Virus record (IMG/VR): IMGVR_UViG_3300028829_004751
Coordinates: 1 to 37,286 of that record
Origin: a virus
Taxonomy: Duplodnaviria > Caudoviricetes
Length of the DNA: 37,286 bases
Reading direction: 5' to 3' (one strand)
Under the pieces are notes generated by a model that did no database searches, had not been told where the DNA came from, and was given only the letters and a program-made list of their open reading frames with translations. The translations under genes and the position numbers were made by a program. Position 1 is the stretch's first letter, and the number at the start of each line of letters is the position of its first letter. Below, in pieces: positions 8,100-17,021 of the stretch.

Positions 8100-9420
8100 T
8101 TAACTTTTGTAAAAAATCGCCTGTTTGTTCAACTCTCATAAAATAATTACATTTATTATGTTTTAAAATTGGTTGTATATCTTCATAAAATTTATTCCAC
8201 TGATCATCTGTGAACTTAGCCAATCTAATACACTCTTTCATAGCAGCCAGTACTCTTTTATCATCGTGCATTAAATCATAGCTTTCATTTATATATGGAT
8301 GAAAAGTTTTATATCCTAGTCTATGAAGAGTTTTTAATGTATTCTGTTGTCCAATCATTATAAAAGGTTTTTCAAGCCCGATATTTCTCCAAGTTTTTTC
8401 TGATAGTAACGGCCATTCACATATATAGCTATGGTAATAAGCTTCTATCACTAAATTAAATTTAACTTTTTTTGCATAATATCCAATATCAAGAAATATA
8501 TTTTCAATATATTTTTCATGTTTAAAAGATGGAAAAATAAAATCACGCATCCAATCAGTATCTACTACTTGAGTATTAACTATATCTTTCCATGTAGATG
8601 CTACATCAAACTCTTCTATATTAGAACTAACAACTCCATTTTTAAGTACGTCAGCTTTATCTAAAATACATAGTGCAAGCAGTGCACCTGCATGTTTTTC
8701 AGATCTTTGATTGAATAAGCTATAAGTAGGATTTAAATCTTTACGAGTACTATAATTATTTTTTGACCTATCGTAGCACTGGGTATGCCAACCATTATCT
8801 ATAGAGTAAAAATCTTTATATTTTGTATAAGGAATTTTTTTATATTGTTCTGGTCTGTGTATATGAAATTTTTTTTCCATAGTAGAAAAAAGATTATTAT
8901 AGTTATGGCCCATAAAACTAAAGGTAATTTCTAAAAAACTGGGAAGATTTTGTATACTACGATGGTCTATAAAAGTATCTGAAAAAGAATTAATAATAAC
9001 TCTATTATTAGGAAAATCTGTATCTCTATCTAAAGCGGCTAGAATATTAGCCATATGATCATCACGAATAGGTTCCATAGTACAATCAATTAAAACATAG
9101 CCTTTACCTTTTTTTAAACATTCTATCACTCGTTTATCTATAAAAGACCAAAAACCAAAGTTTTCATGATCAGGCTGTGATAAAGCTGCCCATTGAAAAT
9201 ACGGTTCTTGCATAATAACTGGGTATATAAAATTATCTAAACTATCTACTTCATCACAGTAATGTATGCTACAATAATTAATAAACTGTTGTATAATCCA
9301 AGGTATTTCTCTTTTATAGTGGGGATTCCAATGAACCTCATGTTTGCGATTCCAGGAAGCATTAGGTTTCCAAATATTAGGATATTGTGAATGTTCATAT
9401 ACTAAAGGTATTTTTAACAA
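8083..9420 (-). CDS. Putative GT-B fold glycosyltransferase-like protein (GT10/GT47-like C-terminus)
   Basis: FNLVIEA...LSEKTW..I...KPFIMIG....L..LH.LGYKTF...INESYD resembles the GT10 E..Y.TEK nucleotide-sugar motif; TTG start uncertain. Confidence 0.5.
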   Translation of the reverse strand: MLKIPLVYEHSQYPNIWKPNASWNRKHEVHWNPHYKREIPWIIQQFINYCSIHYCDEVDSLDNFIYPVIMQEPYFQWAALSQPDHENFGFWSFIDKRVIECLKKGKGYVLIDCTMEPIRDDHMANILAALDRDTDFPNNRVIINSFSDTFIDHRSIQNLPSFLEITFSFMGHNYNNLFSTMEKKFHIHRPEQYKKIPYTKYKDFYSIDNGWHTQCYDRSKNNYSTRKDLNPTYSLFNQRSEKHAGALLALCILDKADVLKNGVVSSNIEEFDVASTWKDIVNTQVVDTDWMRDFIFPSFKHEKYIENIFLDIGYYAKKVKFNLVIEAYYHSYICEWPLLSEKTWRNIGLEKPFIMIGQQNTLKTLHRLGYKTFHPYINESYDLMHDDKRVLAAMKECIRLAKFTDDQWNKFYEDIQPILKHNKCNYFMRVEQTGDFLQKLIDNEY

Positions 9421-9754
9421 GTTTAAAATCTTTTCTTACTAATTCAGGTTTTTTTCTTATCTTTTTTTGCGCACAAAAGTCATCTAATATTGTTCTGAAC
9501 AACTTTTGACTTATATTTGTAATGGAATCTTGATCAGTATTATTTTCAATTAATAGTCTTTGATGAAGTAAATTCAGTGCAGTAACTAAATTTGCAGATC
9601 CTATATCTCTAGAACCTTTATAATCACCTTCAATTCTTGGATTAACCAATTCCCAAGTATCATTTTCCCAAATAGATTCATCATCTTCATCAAATACTTC
9701 TATAGGCATACCATGCAGTATTTTCCAAACCATGTCATTATATTTTATTGTCAT
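9395..9754 (-). CDS. Hypothetical protein
   Basis: 119 aa ORF in operon direction. Confidence 0.65.
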   Translation of the reverse strand: MTIKYNDMVWKILHGMPIEVFDEDDESIWENDTWELVNPRIEGDYKGSRDIGSANLVTALNLLHQRLLIENNTDQDSITNISQKLFRTILDDFCAQKKIRKKPELVRKDFKLVKNTFSI

Positions 9755-9770
9755 TATTCACTTCACTTAT

Positions 9771-9799
9771 AAAAAAGGCGCAGCTTTACCGGCTGCGCC
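9771..9799 (-). terminator. Rho-independent terminator
   Basis: Minus strand GGCGCAGC-cggtaaa-GCTGCGCC followed by TTTTTT, about 20 nt after the stop of ORF 9821..10192. Confidence 0.88.
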
Positions 9800-9820
9800 C
9801 GCACACTCCCTACGGTCGTA

Positions 9821-10192
9821 TTAGGAGGCAATCCAGTCATCACGATGTGAGGTAGCATAAAACCATGCTAATGCTTTACCCATTGCGATACACGGAGTTT
9901 CGCACTGCAAAGCATTTTCAAACTCCCGTTTGAACCTCAACCAAGGGTTGCGTGGATTTATCACAGGAACAATTTGAGCAATGTCACGTTGGTTCCAATA
10001 ATTACAACGATCAGCAAAAGCAGGACTTTGGTTAAGTGAACGTGTTGTCTCAAAGAGACGGTCTTTCAATACTACGTATAGCTCTGCAAAAGCTTCGCTT
10101 TTCTCACTATCACTCAGCTGAGATATAGCTATACGACGCGCGTTCCGTACCAGATCACGATAAGCATTTTTTGACACAAGTTTAAAATACAT
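9821..10192 (-). CDS. Hypothetical protein
   Basis: 123 aa ORF, AAGGA RBS, followed by a terminator. Confidence 0.75.
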   Translation of the reverse strand: MYFKLVSKNAYRDLVRNARRIAISQLSDSEKSEAFAELYVVLKDRLFETTRSLNQSPAFADRCNYWNQRDIAQIVPVINPRNPWLRFKREFENALQCETPCIAMGKALAWFYATSHRDDWIAS

Positions 10193-10205
10193 TTTCTTTC
10201 CTTAA

Positions 10206-10234
10206 TTATTAGCACACTTTTGGTGCTATTGCAA
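10206..10234 (-). promoter_or_regulatory. Possible sigma70-type promoter with inverted repeat in the spacer
   Basis: TTGCAA-17-TAATAA; TAGCAC/GTGCTA inverted repeat at 10210-10228. Confidence 0.35.
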
Positions 10235-10244
10235 TATATAAAAT

Positions 10245-10541
10245 TTAAAGCCTAGATTCGTCTATCATAGGTTCTAAAAGTTTTGGGGCCATACTTTCTT
10301 TTCCTTTTTTCCAAAATTCATCTGGATTATACCATCTGAATTTAGTGATTAATTTCCAGCGAGCATTGATACGGCACACTGCACTATCATACTCATCAAA
10401 AAACATATTATCTAAATCCATACGATCACGAGCTTCGTTCATCCATTCATGAGCTTTCCACGGATTCCAACGTGCAACATTTTCAGCTTCACGAATTGTG
10501 CGTTTAATTCCCCAATCAGAATAATCTGCTGTACTAACCAT
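10245..10541 (-). CDS. Hypothetical Trp-rich protein
   Basis: 98 aa ORF, GGAG upstream. Confidence 0.7.
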   Translation of the reverse strand: MVSTADYSDWGIKRTIREAENVARWNPWKAHEWMNEARDRMDLDNMFFDEYDSAVCRINARWKLITKFRWYNPDEFWKKGKESMAPKLLEPMIDESRL

Positions 10542-10710
10542 TTACTGTTTTCTCTCCATTATTCATTTTATAGTCAATTAATATTTCAATAATATATCTA
10601 CCAGCAAAGAACTCTCCATAATCTTCACACATATCTTGATAGTCATCCATTACAAATGAAGCATTTTGATAGAAAAATGCTTTAGCTTCGCTTAGTGTTG
10701 GTCTTTTCAC
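10534..10710 (-). CDS. Small hypothetical protein, 58 aa (not in ORF track)
   Basis: GTG start with AAGGA RBS: MKRPTLSEAKAFFYQNASFVMDDYQDMCEDYGEFFAGRYIIEILIDYKMNNGEKTVNG*. Confidence 0.65.
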   Translation of the reverse strand: MKRPTLSEAKAFFYQNASFVMDDYQDMCEDYGEFFAGRYIIEILIDYKMNNGEKTVNG

Positions 10711-10742
10711 AGAGTATTCCTTACAATTAATATTATTCTACT

Positions 10743-10771
10743 AATATACAACTTATTATAGCATCATGCAA
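10743..10771 (-). promoter_or_regulatory. Sigma70-type promoter for the leftward unit
   Basis: TTGCAT-17 nt-TATATT on the minus strand at the strand switch. Confidence 0.6.
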
Positions 10772-10790
10772 TCACAAAGTTATTTTTTGA

Positions 10791-10835
10791 TTGACTAAAA
10801 TGCACAAATAAGTATAATTTAAGAATGTATATAAC
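10791..10835 (+). repeat. Direct repeat A copy 1: promoter TTGACT-16-TATAAT plus ATGTATATAAC
   Basis: 40/45 identical to 13164-13208 by manual alignment; ATG 10825 opens only MYITYK*. Confidence 0.85.
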
Positions 10836-10900
10836 CTATAAGTAGTTTAAAAACTAATTTGGATAAATGATTACAGTAAATATAAAGGCAGACTATACTA

Positions 10901-11605
10901 ATGGATTTTGAGACGTTAGATAAATCAACTAATAGAGAAATAATACTTACAGAAAATGGGCAGGCATCTAGTACAGTTTTACTAACATGTAAGCTAATTG
11001 CTAAGTTTTTAGGCAGTCAACCTCTAGTGCTATCAGGAACGTTTACAGGTAATGATCTTGACTATATAGCTCCTACCTGTGCTAAGTTAAATAAACAAGT
11101 AGTAACAATAGATCCAGTTTATTGGGTAAGTGAAGAGTATAGACAAACCTTTTATACTTATGTAGAGAATAAACATAGTAGTAAAACTAATGTTATTTTT
11201 GATTGGTCTGATGTAGAACAATCTACTGTTAAAACTAACTTTATATTTAATTGCTCAGGTTTTGGTACCCGTATAGACTTATTATTTAGGCAACAAGAAT
11301 CTTGTATATTAATAAATGTTCGTGGTAGTTCTTATGATTTTTTTAATTTAACTAAACAAGATGCAGATATATATCATGTAGCTAGAGCCGGTATTATTGA
11401 TATATATGTTAAAAATAAAAAATTACGAGATAAAGTATTAACATATTTAACAGAGCAAACAGCTTACTTTAGTAGTTTAAATAAAGATTTTATATTTTTT
11501 AGAGATTTTATAGCAGTAATACCTAATCGACAACCTGGTCAGAATAATGGTTATCAACAATTTGTTAAATACTTTGGTAAAGATTATAAAACCATGTCTT
11601 TTTAA
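10901..11605 (+). CDS. Hypothetical protein (possibly degenerate Rossmann/methyltransferase fold)
   Basis: 234 aa ORF; weak LSG...VVTIDP pattern only. Confidence 0.6.
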   Translation: MDFETLDKSTNREIILTENGQASSTVLLTCKLIAKFLGSQPLVLSGTFTGNDLDYIAPTCAKLNKQVVTIDPVYWVSEEYRQTFYTYVENKHSSKTNVIFDWSDVEQSTVKTNFIFNCSGFGTRIDLLFRQQESCILINVRGSSYDFFNLTKQDADIYHVARAGIIDIYVKNKKLRDKVLTYLTEQTAYFSSLNKDFIFFRDFIAVIPNRQPGQNNGYQQFVKYFGKDYKTMSF

Positions 11606-11606
11606 A

Positions 11607-11635
11607 TTGACTTTTTTACTAAAATATTATACTGT
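11607..11635 (+). promoter_or_regulatory. Possible promoter upstream of the dctP-like gene
   Basis: TTGACT at 11607 with TATACT at 11628 (15 nt spacer) or TACTGT at 11630 (17 nt spacer). Confidence 0.4.
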
Positions 11636-11664
11636 ATTAAGTAATTACTATAAAGGAGAATAAT

Positions 11665-12576
11665 ATGCAACATAAATTAAAATGGCTGCTCTTTCATGAG
11701 CCTGCCGAACTATTTATAAGAACTGCTAGGCATTTCGAAGAAGAGATTAATAAACTAACAGATAATGCTTTTGAGATTGAAATCTTAGAGCTAGAAGACT
11801 ATAATGATAAGTATAATAACGGTAAGGCTTGTGATCCTATTGCCGAAATTAAATCAGGTCGTGTGCATATGAGTCAGCTATACATTGATGTTCTAGCACA
11901 GTCTAGTGTAACTAACTTTTTAGCACTAGGATTACCTTTTTTATTTAAAGATCATGCTCATGCTACTCGTGTATTTGAAGGAGAACTGGGTGAAGAACTA
12001 CTTTCTCATCTACAAGAACGCTTAGATATTAAAGGTCTATCGTTTACCTACTCCGGTGGATTTCGTGTAATGACCTCAACTACACCAGTTAATACTGTAG
12101 ATGACTTAGCTATGCTAACTAATAAACAACATAATCATGCAGTATCAGCAGATATTTTTTCCGCACTAGGCTGTAAAGCTACATCAGGTGATAAAGCTGA
12201 TTTACGTCAAACAACTCTTCCACGCTATCATGTAGATGCGCGTAAAGATCAAAACTATGTACTATCTACAGGGCATTCTATGTATTTAACTACTATATTA
12301 GCTAATCAAGATATGTGGAATAGTTTTGATGATGCAACTAAACAGCATTTTAAAACTGCATCTAAAATATGTGCTGCTGCAGAACGTATTAAATCTGTAG
12401 CTGATGGTGATTACATTGCTGAAAATAAAGATGTTCAAGATAACTTAGGTATTAAATTGTTTAGTAATCTTGATGGTACACAGATGACTAAGTTAAAAGA
12501 TCTTTTAGCTCCTGTTACAGAAAAATGGAAACCATATTTTGCTAATGATCTAGTAGACCGCATTGCTACTGCTTAA
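11665..12576 (+). CDS. TRAP transporter substrate-binding protein DctP-like, lacking a signal peptide
   Basis: F.EEINKLT....EIEI, IKSGRVHM, LPFLFKD..HA.RVFEG..GEEL, GFR, T.H, N...WNS motifs; AAGGAG RBS. Confidence 0.82.
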   Translation: MQHKLKWLLFHEPAELFIRTARHFEEEINKLTDNAFEIEILELEDYNDKYNNGKACDPIAEIKSGRVHMSQLYIDVLAQSSVTNFLALGLPFLFKDHAHATRVFEGELGEELLSHLQERLDIKGLSFTYSGGFRVMTSTTPVNTVDDLAMLTNKQHNHAVSADIFSALGCKATSGDKADLRQTTLPRYHVDARKDQNYVLSTGHSMYLTTILANQDMWNSFDDATKQHFKTASKICAAAERIKSVADGDYIAENKDVQDNLGIKLFSNLDGTQMTKLKDLLAPVTEKWKPYFANDLVDRIATA

Positions 12577-13184
12577 TGAAGTCTATAGAACTACTAAATA
12601 AAGATTTAAAACTTACAGACATAAACTCTGTAATAGACAATCCGAGTTTAGTAGCTCATTCTTTTGATCAATATTCTGATTTAAGTATGTTAAAATACTT
12701 AGATACTTTGCATACTAAATACAACTTAAAAATTATAATAATAAATAGTAATGGATATCATACTGTTCATCCTTACATGCAGACTCATTTTCCTCATTTT
12801 ATAACTTTTAGTGACCCTGATCAAAAATGGTTTAATTGGATTAAGCAAACTTATAATCTAGACAGTCACACAGTGCCAAAAAACTTACGGTGTAACTTAT
12901 TATATAAAGGTAATGGTATACATTTTTGGCATCAGCCTGTGCAAAATAACTGGAAACACTTTTTACAATATCCAAAAGCTATATCTTATATGCGTAAACA
13001 ATGGGGTAATGAAGCTATAACATGGTTAAAATCTCAAAATATGCAAAACAACAAAGATGTATGGAATAGAGAAACTTTACCTGGCATAGACCAAAAGCAA
13101 CAAAGATTTTTAGAGCACATAGTATGGTATAAGCTAATACCAAATTATGAGTTGATAGATATATTGACTAAAACAAATAAATAA
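12576..13184 (+). CDS. Hypothetical protein
   Basis: 202 aa ORF coupled to the dctP-like gene by a TAATG overlap. Confidence 0.65.
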   Translation: MKSIELLNKDLKLTDINSVIDNPSLVAHSFDQYSDLSMLKYLDTLHTKYNLKIIIINSNGYHTVHPYMQTHFPHFITFSDPDQKWFNWIKQTYNLDSHTVPKNLRCNLLYKGNGIHFWHQPVQNNWKHFLQYPKAISYMRKQWGNEAITWLKSQNMQNNKDVWNRETLPGIDQKQQRFLEHIVWYKLIPNYELIDILTKTNK

Positions 13185-13208
13185 GTATAATTTAATAATG
13201 TATATAAC
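13164..13208 (+). repeat. Direct repeat A copy 2: promoter TTGACT-16-TATAAT plus start of ORF 13198
   Basis: 40/45 identical to 10791-10835. Confidence 0.85.
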
Positions 13209-13383
13209 TGCACAAGATTTAAAATTAGAAATTAGAGAAGTTAATGCTACTATTAAGCAAGTAGCTAATGATCAAGGTGGAGATATTCAATATCTTCATC
13301 ATATGGTACAAGAGTTGCAACAAACTGTTAACACTCTTAGTGAACAAATTGAAATGATAAAAGGATCTATTGATGACACATAA
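13198..13383 (+). CDS. Small coiled-coil protein, probably leaderless
   Basis: Heptad pattern; 6 nt between TATAAT and ATG; no SD. Confidence 0.65.
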   Translation: MYITAQDLKLEIREVNATIKQVANDQGGDIQYLHHMVQELQQTVNTLSEQIEMIKGSIDDT

Positions 13384-13642
13384 AATTGTAGCTTTTGTTC
13401 CCTCAGATAAAACTGAATTACAAAGCTATCTTACCTCACAATTGAGCATGTTGGCAAATAATATATTAAATCTAGAAACTGAGTTAGCTGATGAAAATGA
13501 TGCAAGACATAAACGTCATTCTCGAACTCCTGATAGATTTCCCTGCTTAATGCTGTTCAAAGACGGTGTCTATAAAAATCATATTAATTCAAAAATGACT
13601 GATGAATATGCTTTGCAATGGTCTATAGGAGCTATTGGATAA
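13370..13642 (+). CDS. Thioredoxin-fold protein without CxxC
   Basis: RFPCLMLFKDG cis-Pro strand motif; about 90 aa. Confidence 0.5.
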   Translation: MMTHKIVAFVPSDKTELQSYLTSQLSMLANNILNLETELADENDARHKRHSRTPDRFPCLMLFKDGVYKNHINSKMTDEYALQWSIGAIG

Positions 13643-14695
13643 GTGCCAAAGGCTATTGTATGCACGCCGCATGATCAGAGAATGGATGCTCATCGTAACG
13701 ATTATCTAAGGGCAGTAGCTGATGGTATGTATCATCCTTTTCAATCTGAAGATGGAAGGGAAGCTTCTCTTATACATCAGCAGTTAGAAGCTACTTGTAA
13801 ATTGTATAATCCTATAACTCATTGGCAGTTTACAGACTGTTGCACAGATTCATTACAAATAGCATTTCATACACTGTGTAATCAAGGAGATACAGTTATC
13901 ATCCCAGCGTATGGCTGGAGAGCCATACACAATGCTCCACGGTTTATGGGGCTTAATGTAATATATTGTGACATTGATGATACAGGCAATATAGATTTAA
14001 TAGAGCTTCAGTCTTTAATTCAATTGCATGTACCCACAGCAGTATTAATAGTACATAATTTTGGTACAATAGTTGATATACAAAAAATTAGCGTGCTTTG
14101 TGCTACATACAATGTTAAAATAATAGAAGATGCTGCACCTTCGTTTGTAATGAACGAGTCTTATGCTTATAAACTTGGGTCTCTTTCTGATATAGTATGT
14201 TTTTCTTTTGACTTTACTAAGAGTCCTGGCTGTTTAGGAGCTGGAGGGGCTATAGCTACTAATGATGTGCAAGTATACAATAAAATTAAAACCATTTGTT
14301 CCCACACTGATAATGGTGAAAAAATTGGTACAAAGTCTTATTTAGATACAATTAATGCAGCTGTACTAAATAAAGACATAAAACTTATTGAGCAAAACAA
14401 GTATAGACAGCATAGAGTCGCAGTTGCTACTTACTATATAAATAATCTTCCCTATAAATTTCTAAGCGGAGAAAATTATATATTTCATCGTTTTATAATT
14501 CTAACAGATAAAAATGAAAAACAAGCAGTAATTAACAAATTTAAGTCACAAAAAATACTAGCTAAATCTGTATTTAAACCTAATACAAATACTTGTGACA
14601 CAGCAAATCAGTTCTATGAACAAGCAATTGAGCTTCCCTGTCATCAGTTTATTGATATAAATGATTTACATTCCAGAGTTTCAAAAATAGTTTGA
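13643..14695 (+). CDS. DegT/DnrJ/EryC1/StrS PLP-dependent sugar aminotransferase
   Basis: IIEDAA, FSFDFTKSPGCLGAGGA (PLP lysine), terminal LPCHQ. Confidence 0.9.
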   Translation: MPKAIVCTPHDQRMDAHRNDYLRAVADGMYHPFQSEDGREASLIHQQLEATCKLYNPITHWQFTDCCTDSLQIAFHTLCNQGDTVIIPAYGWRAIHNAPRFMGLNVIYCDIDDTGNIDLIELQSLIQLHVPTAVLIVHNFGTIVDIQKISVLCATYNVKIIEDAAPSFVMNESYAYKLGSLSDIVCFSFDFTKSPGCLGAGGAIATNDVQVYNKIKTICSHTDNGEKIGTKSYLDTINAAVLNKDIKLIEQNKYRQHRVAVATYYINNLPYKFLSGENYIFHRFIILTDKNEKQAVINKFKSQKILAKSVFKPNTNTCDTANQFYEQAIELPCHQFIDINDLHSRVSKIV

Positions 14696-14705
14696 GGAGA
14701 GATTA

Positions 14706-15785
14706 ATTAATACATTTTGCTCTCGACCTTGGAATGAGGTGTCCTTTGAAAAAGACGGCTATGCTCCTTGCTGTGTAGCTAAACCTGTTAAATTTAAAAA
14801 TGTTGAACAATATTTGGCAAGTGATCATCTGTCAGATCTAAAAAATGATTTACAACAAGGCATACAAAATCCTATTTGTAATGTATGCTGGCAAAATGAA
14901 GATAACCATATATGGTCTAACAGATTAGAAGAAGAAATAAAAAATAACATCATATCTGTACACATGGGATTCTCAAATACTTGTAATTTAAAATGCCATA
15001 TGTGTAGTCCTGCTTTTAGTACTAGTTTAGGATTACAAGAACGTAAACTGGTAGGAAAAAAATATAAAATACTAGTATGGAATACTTTTAATAATAAAGC
15101 TGATAAACGTTATTTTTATAAACATATAGTTCCAAATCTTAAATTAATATGTATAAGTGGAGGAGAGCCTTTTCAATGTGCAGATCATTATGAGTTTTTA
15201 AATGTAGCATATCGTATAAACCCAAAACTGAGTATATTTTACAATTCTAATTGTACTAATTTATATTTTAAAAAACAATATATACCTAATTTTTTTGATA
15301 GATATGCTAATGTATCAGTATCACCATCTATAGATGGTTTTGGAGAGTCTAATGATTATCAGAGACAGGGTAGTGATTGGAATACTGTCTCTGCAAACAT
15401 GTTACAAATTAAAAAACATATAAGTGAAATTCATGCCACTCCAACTATATACACTTTATTTTCTTTAGGCGATTTATTTGAGTGGGGTATAAATAACAAT
15501 ATAGAAGTAGGAATATATCTTATAAGTCAACAAAGTTACTTGCATCCTAGTATACTTCCTGATAATATCAAAACAAAGTTTATTAAAAATATAAGCAAAA
15601 GATTTGCTGATCATCCTACAATATTATCAAAGTTTGAAAACAATCTATTTAAAAGTTTAATGATTAAGTCAGATGTTAAGAACATTGATAAATTTAAGAA
15701 AAAAACTTTAATTAACAATGCAAATTCTAAAACAAATTTTCCTGATTTTGTACCTGAACTAAAAGAGTGGTTTAATTCTATATGA
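14706..15785 (+). CDS. Radical SAM enzyme with N-terminal twitch/SPASM-like Cys domain (start reassigned to ATT 14706)
   Basis: CNLKCHMC, SGGEP, SIDG; N-terminal FCSRPW...PCC...C..CW..E. Confidence 0.87.
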   Translation: MNTFCSRPWNEVSFEKDGYAPCCVAKPVKFKNVEQYLASDHLSDLKNDLQQGIQNPICNVCWQNEDNHIWSNRLEEEIKNNIISVHMGFSNTCNLKCHMCSPAFSTSLGLQERKLVGKKYKILVWNTFNNKADKRYFYKHIVPNLKLICISGGEPFQCADHYEFLNVAYRINPKLSIFYNSNCTNLYFKKQYIPNFFDRYANVSVSPSIDGFGESNDYQRQGSDWNTVSANMLQIKKHISEIHATPTIYTLFSLGDLFEWGINNNIEVGIYLISQQSYLHPSILPDNIKTKFIKNISKRFADHPTILSKFENNLFKSLMIKSDVKNIDKFKKKTLINNANSKTNFPDFVPELKEWFNSI

Positions 15786-16723
15786 ATATTTTAATTACAG
15801 GTGGACTTGGTTTTATTGGTTCACATTTAGTAGCTGAACTTTCAAAACAGCATACCATAGACATTATAGATAATTTTACAGAATCATATCCTGGGCATAA
15901 ATATATTCATAGAGGTAATAAAGGTTTACAACAAACTAATAGTATCGAATCATATCATAGAAATATAAATTTAAGGTACAGACTAGATTTAATTAATTTA
16001 AAGTTTAGAAAATTATATAGACAATGGACTTTTGAACTAACCAATGAAATAAAAAATAATAAATATGATCTTATTATCAACTGTGGTGCTTTGTGTGAAG
16101 CTATATTAAGTCAATATTTTAAAGGCTTTACTTATAGAAGTATAGTTTCAGGACTTAAAAATATAAAAACCTTTTTTTCTGATACACCGTGTTTACACAT
16201 AAGTAGTAGCATGGTTTATGGCACTTGGGAAGAAGTAATTGACGAGCAATACTCTTTAGCATCTGAGAACCCTTATGGACTCAGTAAAATACTAGCAGAA
16301 AAGACTTTAAATAACAATGATGTGATACTAAGACCTATACATGTGTATGGAATGGGAGATGGTAAATTTTCTGTATGGATGAATATTGACAGACAGGTCT
16401 CAGTAAATAAACCTGTTTTAGTAGAAGAAGCGGGGTGTATTTTCATAGAGGACTTTATTTTAGCAATCAAAAATATTGTAGACAAATGGATTCCGGGTTC
16501 GTATAATATCTGTTATGACTTCAGTAGAACTAGAAAAGCACTTCACACAGTTAGTGATAAACAGTTTGAAACTAAAGTTAAATTAGGCCCCACAGGAAAA
16601 ACTAGAGGAATATTAGACTGTAGTAAATTAAAATCAACATTTGATATACAGTTTAAATATTTAGATTATGAGTCAACAATTGAAAAATATAACAAGGACT
16701 TCCAAAATTTTTGTAAGAAATAA
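15782..16723 (+). CDS. NAD-dependent epimerase/dehydratase (extended SDR)
   Basis: ILITGGLGFIG, SSSMVYG, YGLSK. Confidence 0.9.
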   Translation: MNILITGGLGFIGSHLVAELSKQHTIDIIDNFTESYPGHKYIHRGNKGLQQTNSIESYHRNINLRYRLDLINLKFRKLYRQWTFELTNEIKNNKYDLIINCGALCEAILSQYFKGFTYRSIVSGLKNIKTFFSDTPCLHISSSMVYGTWEEVIDEQYSLASENPYGLSKILAEKTLNNNDVILRPIHVYGMGDGKFSVWMNIDRQVSVNKPVLVEEAGCIFIEDFILAIKNIVDKWIPGSYNICYDFSRTRKALHTVSDKQFETKVKLGPTGKTRGILDCSKLKSTFDIQFKYLDYESTIEKYNKDFQNFCKK

Positions 16724-17021
16724 TGATGTAGACAAAGCATTAAGAATATTAAAAAAGAAGCTCCTTCTTGAGGGGGTTGTTAAAGAGGTGCGTGAAAAAC
16801 GACATTTTACTCCTCCAGGAGAAAAACGCAGACTTGAAGCAAAAGCTGGTAGAAAACGCTGGCTTAAAAAACGCGAACAAATAGAACAACGTATGGTTCG
16901 TGCTGAACAAAATGCTATGAAAAAACATAGAAATAAGAATAAAAAGCATGTTCCCAGACAAGATAAAAATTCAGGTAGACCACAACACTCAAACAATACA
17001 CCTAGGTTTAAAAGTAAGTGA
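16668..17021 (+). CDS. rpsU: Ribosomal protein bS21 with basic C-terminal extension
   Basis: VRNNDVDKALRILKKKLLLEGVVKEVREKRHFTPPGEKRR matches the bS21 core. Confidence 0.88.
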   Translation: MSQQLKNITRTSKIFVRNNDVDKALRILKKKLLLEGVVKEVREKRHFTPPGEKRRLEAKAGRKRWLKKREQIEQRMVRAEQNAMKKHRNKNKKHVPRQDKNSGRPQHSNNTPRFKSK

